DNA from: an uncultured Methanosarcinales archaeon
GTDB lineage: Archaea; Nanobdellota; Nanobdellia; Woesearchaeales; CAZOXR01
DNA length: 37,444 bases
Direction: 5' to 3'
Assembly (NCBI GenBank): GCA_964566535.1
Contig: CAZMIO010000004.1
Coordinates: forward strand, 62,001-99,444
This document shows, piece by piece, positions 1 through 7,865 of this stretch. Position numbers and translations under genes: made by a program. Numbering within the stretch: the first letter of the stretch is position 1; each line of letters begins with the position of its first letter. The notes under the pieces were generated by a model. It ran no database searches. It had not been told where the DNA came from and worked only from the letters and a program-made list of their open reading frames with translations.

Positions 1-939
1 TTTTTCGGAGAAGAAATTGGCTATCCCACTTCTAATAAGAAATCAAGATGGACTAGTCCAGGGCAGATGATGTTAAAGGATAGATACAGTCCTCAATCAC
101 TTGAAGAGAGCAGAGACCCTGTAATGAGATATGCTCTAACCGAGACATTACCTATTGATATTTTTATTGAGACCTGTAATCTAGATTATACTATCCTAAA
201 GAAGAGGAGCGATAAGATAAGGGATATTTTTAACAAATGTAGTTATATTAGGGTTGTTGGAGAACCTGTTGACGGACATAAGACTGATTTTAAGGTTGAG
301 CTGATAAGAAAGGACGGATTCAGGAGAGCATTTACTTCATCTGATTGCGATGTTACTAATATTATAGATCAAGAGAATTTGAAGAAGACTGGTGCTCGTA
401 CTGGTTCTTATGCTAACTTTCCTTCTGGAGAGACATTTACAACACCCGAGAAAGTAACTGGAGTTATGGTTGGAGATGTCGTCATCAACATAGATAGGAG
501 TTATGTGATCCCTCCGAATAATCCTATTGTTGTTAGCTTTGATGATAATGGAGATTATAAGATCGTTAAGGCCCCTGCCGATATAAAGAAGGCGATGGAT
601 AGGGAACTTAAGGAATGTAGGGAGAAGATAAAAATTTATGAGAAAAATGGAAGCTTGCCTAAGGAAATTACTGATATGTATACAAGGAACTTTAATTCAG
701 TTGGAGAATTTGCTGTTAATACAAATCCAAAAGCAAAGTTATGTGATTATTTAATTGTTAATGAGAAGATTGCAAAGATGATTCATGTTGCTTTAGGTCT
801 TGGTTTTGATCCTGACAAAAAAACTGTCTATCATTGGGATATTGTTGTTAATTCTCCAAGGCAAAAACTAGATATTTATGGTGTTGATGCTGATGGTAAG
901 ACTCAGTGGGTTATTAAGAAAGGAGAGTTTGTTGTTTAG
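1..939 (+). CDS. M29-family (aminopeptidase T / thermophilic metalloprotease) aminopeptidase, 5'-truncated by window edge
   Basis: Frame is open from base 1 (FFGEEIGYPT...). Motifs ANFPSGETFTTP, GEFAVNTNP, NEKIAKMIHVALG and HWDIV match the M29 metal-ligand pattern. Confidence 0.75.
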   Translation, partial: FFGEEIGYPTSNKKSRWTSPGQMMLKDRYSPQSLEESRDPVMRYALTETLPIDIFIETCNLDYTILKKRSDKIRDIFNKCSYIRVVGEPVDGHKTDFKVELIRKDGFRRAFTSSDCDVTNIIDQENLKKTGARTGSYANFPSGETFTTPEKVTGVMVGDVVINIDRSYVIPPNNPIVVSFDDNGDYKIVKAPADIKKAMDRELKECREKIKIYEKNGSLPKEITDMYTRNFNSVGEFAVNTNPKAKLCDYLIVNEKIAKMIHVALGLGFDPDKKTVYHWDIVVNSPRQKLDIYGVDADGKTQWVIKKGEFVV

Positions 940-982
940 GAGTTATTAGGTTTATTCTTTCTACTGTGTTATAAAAGAAACT

Positions 983-990
983 TTTATAAA
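983..990 (+). promoter_or_regulatory. TATA box (TTTATAAA) with purine-rich BRE for the pilin-like gene
   Basis: aaaagaaacttttataaa lies about 27 nt before ATG 1017. Confidence 0.55.
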
Positions 991-1016
991 CAATCCGTTC
1001 AATAAATAGTTTGAAG

Positions 1017-1613
1017 ATGGTAAAAAGGGGTAAGAATGCAGCGTTTGCTCTATCTATTAATGCTATAGTTATAATTATTTTGGCAATCACTTTCTTAGCC
1101 TTGAGTATTGGTTTTATGAAAGGAATGTTTACTAAGTCTGAGCAGACCGTCGAAGAAGTCTTAGGGTCAGCAAGACAGTGTAAGAAAGAGCCTAGTTCGG
1201 CAGAACCTATGACTGCGTGTCCTGACAAGGTTGTGTTGAAAGGAAGTGAGTCAGGAGTGGTTAACGTTGGCTATTATAATGTTAATAACTACAAGGGAGT
1301 CTGTATTTTTGGTGTTAGTGGAGGAGGAACGGAGTTAGTTGTTCCTACCGAGACGATCGAAGTCGGGGCTAATACATTCATTTATCGTCCAATAATTGCC
1401 AATGGTCCTTTTTCAAATGGTTTGAGTAGTTTTAATTTAGAGATTAGGTGCTTGAGTGAGGAGCAGTTGATAGATTCTGTTGGTGGAGCAGCTACTTGGA
1501 CTGCTATGTCATCAGCTGATAAGACTGCTGCATTTAATACTTACTTTAATCCTGGCAATCCAGCTAGACTATCCATTGAGACAACTAAATCAATCTTAGT
1601 TGAAGTTAAGTAA
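1017..1613 (+). CDS. Type IV pilin-like surface protein with class III signal peptide
   Basis: N-terminus MVKRGKNAA-FALSINAIVIIILAITFLALSIGF has a basic leader, a small residue and a hydrophobic helix, followed by a beta-rich domain with 4 Cys. ATG 1017 is preferred over TTG 1011. Confidence 0.65.
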   Translation: MVKRGKNAAFALSINAIVIIILAITFLALSIGFMKGMFTKSEQTVEEVLGSARQCKKEPSSAEPMTACPDKVVLKGSESGVVNVGYYNVNNYKGVCIFGVSGGGTELVVPTETIEVGANTFIYRPIIANGPFSNGLSSFNLEIRCLSEEQLIDSVGGAATWTAMSSADKTAAFNTYFNPGNPARLSIETTKSILVEVK

Positions 1614-1623
1614 AATTTATAAA

Positions 1624-1833
1624 GGAAATAGACAAAGAGTTTCCTAAGCATACCAAGAGTAAGAAATTAGGGGCATTTNNNNNNNNNNNNNNNNNNNNNN
1701 NNNNNNNNNNNNNNNNNNNNNNNNNNNNNNNNNNNNNNNNNNNNNNNNNNNNNNNNNNNNNNNNNNNNNNNNNNNNNNGGAAATAGACAAAGAGTTTCCT
1801 AAGCATACCAAGAGTAAGAAATTAGGGGCATTT
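1624..1833. repeat. 55-bp exact direct repeat (1624-1678 and 1779-1833) flanking a 100-N scaffold gap (1679-1778)
   Basis: ggaaatagacaaagagtttcctaagcataccaagagtaagaaattaggggcattt is present on both sides of the Ns. Confidence 0.95.
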
Positions 1834-1884
1834 AAGAAGTAATAAAGAAAATATTTATATTTTTCTTTCTTTTTTTAGTTAAAA

Positions 1885-2835
1885 ATGACAGAATTACAAA
1901 AAGCAGCTAATATTGTTCTAAAAGAATGCATGAACTTCAAGGAAAGTGAAAGTCTATTAATAGTCTTTGATGAAAATAAAAAGTCTATCGTAGATGTTTT
2001 GTTAAAAGTTGGTAAGGAAATAAGTTCTAATGTCAATTCTATAGAAATTCCAGTCGGAAAGATTCATGGTGAAGAACCTCCTTCAGAAGTTGCGCAAGAA
2101 ATGAAGAAATACGATATAATCCTCCTAATAACCACCAAGTCACTGTCCCATACCGATGCAAGAAGAAATGCCTGTAAGGGAGGTGCTAGGGGGGCTAGTA
2201 TGCCCGGAATTACCGAGGATATGATGGAAAGGACATTGAATGCTGACTATGTTAAAATTAGCGCTGTTGGAGACCAATTAAAAGAAAAATTGGCTGGGGA
2301 GAAGGTAAGGGTAGTTACCAAGTTAGGAACTGATTTAGTAATGGAGATGAACAAATTGTTTGATGATAACGGGCTTTATCATGAAAAGGGTTCTTTTGGC
2401 AATCTTCCAGCAGGAGAAATTGGCTTTGCTCCAGTTGAAGGCAAGACTAACGGGACGTTTGTTGTCGACCAAACATTAGGGGGTATTGGAAGGCTAAAAG
2501 CCCCAATTAAGTTTACTGTTAAAGATGGAAGTGTCGTTGATATTGAAGGGGAAGAAGAAGCCAAAGATTTAAAGAAGAGATTAATGGAGTTTAAAGATAG
2601 TAGTGTATATAATGTTGCTGAGCTTGCAATCGGAACGAATGATAAAGCTAAAATAACTGGATTTACACTAGAAGATGAGAAGGTTATTGGGACTGTCCAT
2701 ATTGCAATTGGGGATAATACTAGTTTTCCCGGTGGCACAATAACTGCCCCTGTTCATTTGGACGGTATACTCTCTGAACCTACTGTTTATGTTGATGATA
2801 ATATGATAATGGAAGATGGTAAGTTGTTGATATAG
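1885..2835 (+). CDS. M29-family leucyl aminopeptidase (aminopeptidase T-like)
   Basis: Motifs SLSHT, ASMPG, GNLPAGE, NVAELAIGTN, EDEKVIGTVHIAIGDN and HLDG. Confidence 0.85.
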   Translation: MTELQKAANIVLKECMNFKESESLLIVFDENKKSIVDVLLKVGKEISSNVNSIEIPVGKIHGEEPPSEVAQEMKKYDIILLITTKSLSHTDARRNACKGGARGASMPGITEDMMERTLNADYVKISAVGDQLKEKLAGEKVRVVTKLGTDLVMEMNKLFDDNGLYHEKGSFGNLPAGEIGFAPVEGKTNGTFVVDQTLGGIGRLKAPIKFTVKDGSVVDIEGEEEAKDLKKRLMEFKDSSVYNVAELAIGTNDKAKITGFTLEDEKVIGTVHIAIGDNTSFPGGTITAPVHLDGILSEPTVYVDDNMIMEDGKLLI

Positions 2836-2887
2836 GCAATTTCACAACCCAAAGCTATATAAATACAATTGAATTCTATCCTCGAGA

Positions 2888-4030
2888 ATGAAATCAAAAC
2901 AAAAGGAAATATTGGATAATGTAATCTACTCTTATAGTACTCAGACTAATCAATTAGAAGAGGAAAATAAGGTTTTGAAAGAGACCGTTGAGAAGTTAAA
3001 AGAAGAGATTGATAGTTTTAGAACTCCCCCTTTGATGGTATGTGAAGTTAATGATGTTATCGAGGATCAAGCAATAATTAGAGTACCTAATGGCAATCAG
3101 TTTTATGTGAATATTTCTGATGGTGCTAAGATTAAAGCAGGAGATACTGCACTTGCTGAGCAGAAGAATTTGACAGTTGTTAAGAAATTAGAAATTTCTA
3201 AGAAGTTTAATGTTGAAAGTTTTGTTATAGTCGAAAAACCATCAGTTCCTTGGAAGGATATTGGCGGATTGAGCAAACAGACAAAAGAAATCCAGGAAGT
3301 TGTGGAACTACCTTTGAAGAAGCCTCAGTTGTTTAGGGATGTTGGAATAGACCCACCTAAGGGAATTTTGTTACATGGTCCTCCTGGAACTGGTAAAACT
3401 TCATTAGCAAAGGCCGTTGCTGCGTCAACAAATTCAACTTTTATTGAAGTTGTCGGTTCTGAACTTGTTCAGAAATTTATCGGGGAGGGAGCTAAGTTAA
3501 TCAAAGAGATATTTGAATTGGCTAGAAGAAAAGCCCCATCTATTGTTTTTATTGATGAGCTTGATGCATTAGCTGCAAAGAGAATGGAAATTGGAACTTC
3601 AGGGGAGAGGGAAGTTAACAGAACTTTTATGCAGCTGTTAGCTGAGTTAGATGGATTTAATTCGTTAGGTAATGTTAAGATTATCGGAGCTACAAACAGA
3701 AAAGATATTTTAGATACTGCCATTATTAGGCCTGGAAGATTGGATAGGTTGATTCACATCCCTACTCCTGACAAAGACGCAAGGATGGACATCTTTAAGA
3801 TACATAGTAGGAATATGGGTTTGAGCAAGGACTTAAGTATTAAAGATATTGTTGAGCGAATGGAGAATTTTTCAGGAGCTGAGATTAAGGCTGTTTGTAC
3901 TGAAGCTGGTTATTTTGCTATTAGGAAAGATAGAACTGCAATTGAGAAGGAAGATATCCTAAAGGCTATTGAGAAGGTAAAGCAAGAAGAAGCATTGGAC
4001 GGAAATGAATATCTGAAAATGTTTGGTTAG
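2888..4030 (+). CDS. pan: Proteasome-activating nucleotidase (AAA+ ATPase)
   Basis: N-terminal coiled coil and OB region, Walker A GPPGTGKT, pore loop KFIGEG, Walker B FIDELD, SRH RPGRLDR. Confidence 0.93.
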   Translation: MKSKQKEILDNVIYSYSTQTNQLEEENKVLKETVEKLKEEIDSFRTPPLMVCEVNDVIEDQAIIRVPNGNQFYVNISDGAKIKAGDTALAEQKNLTVVKKLEISKKFNVESFVIVEKPSVPWKDIGGLSKQTKEIQEVVELPLKKPQLFRDVGIDPPKGILLHGPPGTGKTSLAKAVAASTNSTFIEVVGSELVQKFIGEGAKLIKEIFELARRKAPSIVFIDELDALAAKRMEIGTSGEREVNRTFMQLLAELDGFNSLGNVKIIGATNRKDILDTAIIRPGRLDRLIHIPTPDKDARMDIFKIHSRNMGLSKDLSIKDIVERMENFSGAEIKAVCTEAGYFAIRKDRTAIEKEDILKAIEKVKQEEALDGNEYLKMFG

Positions 4031-4065
4031 TAGTTTTTCTTAAGGTAATTTCTTTTAAAATAAAG

Positions 4066-4144
4066 TAGCGTATGTTCATAAGTTACATCCGTTTATCATC
4101 GGCTTTCACCTCAATTTGTGTTCACTAATTCATTACACACGCTA
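4066..4144 (-). ncRNA. Candidate box C/D guide sRNA with non-consensus boxes
   Basis: Minus strand reads TAGCGTGTGT-A-ATGAATT-AGTGAACACAAA-TTGA-GGTGAAAGCC-G-ATGATAA-ACGGATGTAACTT-ATGA-ACATACGCTA: a 10-bp terminal stem, two K-turn geometries and 12/13-nt guides. It has its own TATA (4172-4165) and a T-rich tract downstream. Confidence 0.7.
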
Positions 4145-4161
4145 AGAATGGGATACTTTTA

Positions 4162-4175
4162 AGGTATATAAACGT
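4162..4175 (-). promoter_or_regulatory. TATA promoter (TTTATATA) pointing at the candidate sRNA
   Basis: The 14-mer aggtatataaacgt is identical to 23417-23430, which sits 23 nt upstream of the minus-strand TVP38 gene. No sizeable ORF follows here. Confidence 0.65.
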
Positions 4176-4235
4176 ATTGAAAACCAGCGTATATATTAGA
4201 TAAAAATATAAATATAATACTATTAGCTTTTTTTG

Positions 4236-5864
4236 ATGATATCATTAGGCGTACTTCTAAAGCATTACAAGAGAAGAGATATACAAGAAGAGATGATAAA
4301 GCATGCTAAGGATAGAGAAGTTGCTACACGGTTTCATGATAAGTTTGGAAAAAGGCCAGATGTTCTTAAGTACCCAAATGATATAATTGAGCTGGCAAAG
4401 CAAGGTGCTACCTCTTTTCACTGTTCTGAAGAGTTGTGGAGCAATCCCTTACGTCTTGACCCTAGGTTGAAAAGAAAAGAGATGGATGAATTAAGAACTG
4501 GATGGGACCTCGTGCTTGATATTGACTGTCCTTACTGGGAATATTCTAAGTTGATAACTCATCTGATGATTAAAGCTTTGAAGAAACACGGTGTTAAATC
4601 GGTAAGCTGCAAATTCTCGGGGAACAAAGGATTTCATATCGGTGTTCCGTTTGAAGCATTCCCGCAGAATATGTTTGGGGTAGATGAGACGAGATTATGG
4701 TTTCCAGATGGCGTAAAAACAATTGCAATGTATCTCACTGACTATATAGATAGTGCCGAGACTGACTTTGAGCTCACAAAGGGAATACTCAGAGACAGAG
4801 GGATAAATGATGTTGCAAAAGAACTGGATATCCCTTATGAAAGTTTAGTAAAAACCGTTTGTGATAAATGTGAAACGGAAGTTACTAAAAAAAAGTCTGC
4901 AGAAAAACAGAATTGCATATATTGTAATGAGATCAATGATATCCAAGATGACAAGAACTTTTTTCAATGTAAGAAATGTATGAAGTTAGTAAAGCTTGAA
5001 GGAAGTGGCGGGGTAAAGTGCCCTAAATGCAAGAATTCTAACTACAAAGAAAAGTTTGATATTTCTAAAATACTGAATGTTGATACTTTGTTGATTTCCT
5101 CAAGGCACCTCTACAGGATGCCTTATAGTCTACATGAAAAATCTGGGCTTTGTTCAGTACCTATAGACCCTGATAAGGTTATGGAGTTTGATAAGAAGGA
5201 GGCTAACACTGATGAGGTTACAGTTAGTAAATTTGTTTTTTTAGAGAAGGAGACTGTAGGGGAAACCAATGCAGGGAATCTTTTTGACCAAGCTGGTTAC
5301 TGGTCAAAGAGGATGATTGAAAAGGAAGGTTTGCAGGAGAAATATTCTGGCGGAGTAAAAAAAGAATTTGAAGCTTTAACAATTGCGTTGGCCGAGGATT
5401 TTTTCCCTCCTTGTATGACTGCTGTCCTCAAGGGAATTCCAGATGGGAAGAAGAGAGCAATATTTATGCTGATTAACTTCTTATCTAATGTTGGATGGGG
5501 CTACGACGAAATCGAAAAGAAATTGAAGGAATGGAACGAGATTAATGAAGAGCCACTAAAGGAAGTTTATATTCTAGGTCAGTTAAGGCACTATAAAGGA
5601 AGAAAAGACAAGATTCTCCCGCCAAACTGCGATAACAAATCTTATTACGAGGACATGAGAGTATGTAATCCAGATAATCTATGTAATAAAGTTAAGAATC
5701 CAGTTAATTATTCCTTGAGAAAGGCAAGGTTTATGAAGTTGAATAAGAAAGATGATAAAGGAGATAAGAAAGAGGGTAGTAATGATGACAAGAAAGCCAA
5801 TGGCAAGGCAGATGGTAAGGTCGAGAGTAAGACAGAAGAGGGGAAGGGAGCAATAACAAAATGA
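4236..5864 (+). CDS. priS: Fused DNA primase PriS-PriL (DPANN-type) with zinc-ribbon insertion
   Basis: PriS motifs WDLVLDID, FSGNKGFH and RHLYRMPYSLH; C-terminal PriL Fe-S domain FPPC...PPNC...VC...LC...KNPVNY. The ORF track starts at TTG 4233. Confidence 0.9.
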   Translation: MISLGVLLKHYKRRDIQEEMIKHAKDREVATRFHDKFGKRPDVLKYPNDIIELAKQGATSFHCSEELWSNPLRLDPRLKRKEMDELRTGWDLVLDIDCPYWEYSKLITHLMIKALKKHGVKSVSCKFSGNKGFHIGVPFEAFPQNMFGVDETRLWFPDGVKTIAMYLTDYIDSAETDFELTKGILRDRGINDVAKELDIPYESLVKTVCDKCETEVTKKKSAEKQNCIYCNEINDIQDDKNFFQCKKCMKLVKLEGSGGVKCPKCKNSNYKEKFDISKILNVDTLLISSRHLYRMPYSLHEKSGLCSVPIDPDKVMEFDKKEANTDEVTVSKFVFLEKETVGETNAGNLFDQAGYWSKRMIEKEGLQEKYSGGVKKEFEALTIALAEDFFPPCMTAVLKGIPDGKKRAIFMLINFLSNVGWGYDEIEKKLKEWNEINEEPLKEVYILGQLRHYKGRKDKILPPNCDNKSYYEDMRVCNPDNLCNKVKNPVNYSLRKARFMKLNKKDDKGDKKEGSNDDKKANGKADGKVESKTEEGKGAITK

Positions 5865-6526
5865 GTTTGTATATTGTAGGAACACCAATTGGGAATTTGA
5901 AGGATATTACTTTTCGAGCTGTGGAAATTCTTAAAAGTGTTGATATTGTTTTAGCAGAAGATACTAGGAGGACTGGGACTCTCTTAAAAGAATATGGCAT
6001 AAAAGGCAAGAAGCAGATATCTTATAATGACTATAATAAGGAAAGGAAAACAAATCCCATAATCCAGATGTTAGAGGATGGAAAAGAGATTGCACTAGTA
6101 AGTGATTCTGGAATGCCAGGCATTAGTGATCCTGGATTTTATTTAGTCAGAGAATGTGTTAAGCAGAATATCAATGTTGTTCCAGTTCCAGGAGCAAGTT
6201 CTATTTTGTCTGCTTTAGTTTGTTCAGGACTTGCAACTGACAAGTTTTGTTTTCTGGGATTCTTTCCAAAGAAAGAAAAAAAGAAAAATGAGTTCATTGA
6301 AGGTTTCAAAAAAACCGAAGGTACAATTATTTTCTTTGAGTCCCCACATAGGATTAAGAAAACATTAAGTTTGATGAATGAGTTAATACCTAACTATAAT
6401 ATAGTAATTGCTCGTGAACTCACTAAAAAGTTTGAGGAATTTATCAGGGGAACGGTAACCAAAGTCAATAAATTGATTGAAAATAAAGTAATCAAGGGAG
6501 AGATGGTAGTATTACTAAATAAATGA
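5861..6526 (+). CDS. rsmI: 16S rRNA (cytidine1402-2'-O)-methyltransferase RsmI
   Basis: LYIVGTPIGNLKDIT, AEDTR, ALVSDSGMPGISDPG, FFESPHR, ARELTKKFEEF, KGE. Overlaps the primase stop (ATGA). Confidence 0.92.
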   Translation: MSLYIVGTPIGNLKDITFRAVEILKSVDIVLAEDTRRTGTLLKEYGIKGKKQISYNDYNKERKTNPIIQMLEDGKEIALVSDSGMPGISDPGFYLVRECVKQNINVVPVPGASSILSALVCSGLATDKFCFLGFFPKKEKKKNEFIEGFKKTEGTIIFFESPHRIKKTLSLMNELIPNYNIVIARELTKKFEEFIRGTVTKVNKLIENKVIKGEMVVLLNK

Positions 6527-6560
6527 TATAATATACAGTTTCTACACGAGAATAGTAAGC

Positions 6561-6895
6561 TTTATAAACACCCTATTGTTACCGGTATACTTCACAAGTG
6601 GTGTTTAGATATAGCATATTTAAGCAGAGTAAAAAAAACAAGCCTGAAAAGAAGCTTTTTCAGTACAGTTTGATACTGTTTCTATGAGAAGCTTCAATAA
6701 AAGGTTTTTTTACATTGAAATAAACTAATAGACTAGTTTATTTTATACGTCAGAAATTAAAAATGTCAGGAATGGAGCATTCCTGATCACACTCCAAAAT
6801 CTTTGATTTTGGATGTTTCTGAGCATGATCAAAAACTACCGTGCTTTTGCATGGTAGTTTTAGACATCAGAGGTGGATAAAGCAAACAACAAAAA
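6561..6895 (+). promoter_or_regulatory. TATA box (6561-6568) followed by an ORF-free, hairpin-rich 5' leader of the ribosomal protein operon
   Basis: TTTATAAA, then at least five inverted repeats (6629-6713, 6718-6743, 6766-6786, 6793-6813, 6832-6861), then GAGGTGG near 6870. Confidence 0.55.
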
Positions 6896-7864
6896 ATGCC
6901 AAGCATCAGAAGACCAAGAAAAGGAAGTATGGGATACTGGCCTAGGAAAAGGGCCAAAGGAAGTTTAGCTAGGATTAGATCTTGGCCGATAACTGATGAT
7001 GCAAAGCTGTTAGGGTTTGCTGGTTACAAAGTTGGCATGACACATGCTATGATTACTGATAATCGAAAAACATCACAGACAAAAGGTGAGGACATCTTTT
7101 GCCCGGTGACTATCATTGAATGCCCTCCATTAAAAATTGCTTCTATTCGTTTCTACAAAACTTCAATAAAAGGATCAAATCTTGTTTCTGAAATCTTTGC
7201 TGAAAAACTTGATGCCGAGTTAGGAAGAAAAATAACTTTGCCTAAGCAAATAAAGAAAAAGGTAGATGACATTAAAGATTACGATAACCTCAGATTAATG
7301 GTTTATACGCAGCCAAAATTAACTGGCATTGGAAAGAAGAAGCCGGAATTATTTGAATTAGGTGTTGGTGGGAATAAGGAAGACCAATTAAAGTATGCAG
7401 TAAGTGTTCTAGGAAAAGAAATCAGCGTTAATGATGTTTTTGCAGAGGGCCAAAGATTAGATTTTCATGTTATTACCAAAGGAAAAGGATATCAAGGACC
7501 TGTAAAAAGGTTTAAAATCAGTATTAGAAGGCACAAATCCGAAAAGACAATTAGGGGCCCAGGAGCTTTAGGAAGTTGGAAAGCACAAGGTCACACCCAT
7601 TATAGAATTCCTCATGCTGGTCAGATGGGTTATCATCCAAGAGTTGAATTTAATAAATGGTTACTAAAGATTGGAGATAAGCCTGAGGAAGTAGTTATGA
7701 AGGGGGGAATTGATCATTATGGTGTTGTGAAGAATTCATACTTGCTTGTTAAGGGATCTATCGGCGGACCTTCTAAGAGGATGGTTAAAATAACTCATGC
7801 TAAAAGGCCAAATAAATTAATTCCTGCTGAAGCCCCACAAATTCAACATTTAAGTTTAACATAA
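6896..7864 (+). CDS. rpl3: 50S ribosomal protein uL3
   Basis: RPRKGSMGYWPRKRA, GFAGYKVGMTH, TKGKGYQGPVKRF, AGQMGYH. Confidence 0.97.
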   Translation: MPSIRRPRKGSMGYWPRKRAKGSLARIRSWPITDDAKLLGFAGYKVGMTHAMITDNRKTSQTKGEDIFCPVTIIECPPLKIASIRFYKTSIKGSNLVSEIFAEKLDAELGRKITLPKQIKKKVDDIKDYDNLRLMVYTQPKLTGIGKKKPELFELGVGGNKEDQLKYAVSVLGKEISVNDVFAEGQRLDFHVITKGKGYQGPVKRFKISIRRHKSEKTIRGPGALGSWKAQGHTHYRIPHAGQMGYHPRVEFNKWLLKIGDKPEEVVMKGGIDHYGVVKNSYLLVKGSIGGPSKRMVKITHAKRPNKLIPAEAPQIQHLSLT

Positions 7865-7865
7865 A

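Noticed and set aside
1606..1806. ORF across the N gap
   Set aside because: Artefact of untranslatable Ns.
1624..1833. CRISPR array interpretation of the direct repeat
   Set aside because: Only two 55-bp copies abutting a gap, no spacers and no cas genes.
4076..4113. Minus-strand GAGGTGA SD-like sequence followed by a 7-codon ORF (MINGCNL)
   Set aside because: It coincides with the D' box, tetraloop and C' box of the sRNA model, which explains far more of the sequence.
6590..6895. RNase P RNA, SRP RNA or H/ACA RNA in the uL3 leader
   Set aside because: No P4 signature (GAGGAAAGUCC) and no intact SRP helix 8. The putative H/ACA pocket before ACA at 6712 is only A-rich and lacks a K-turn.
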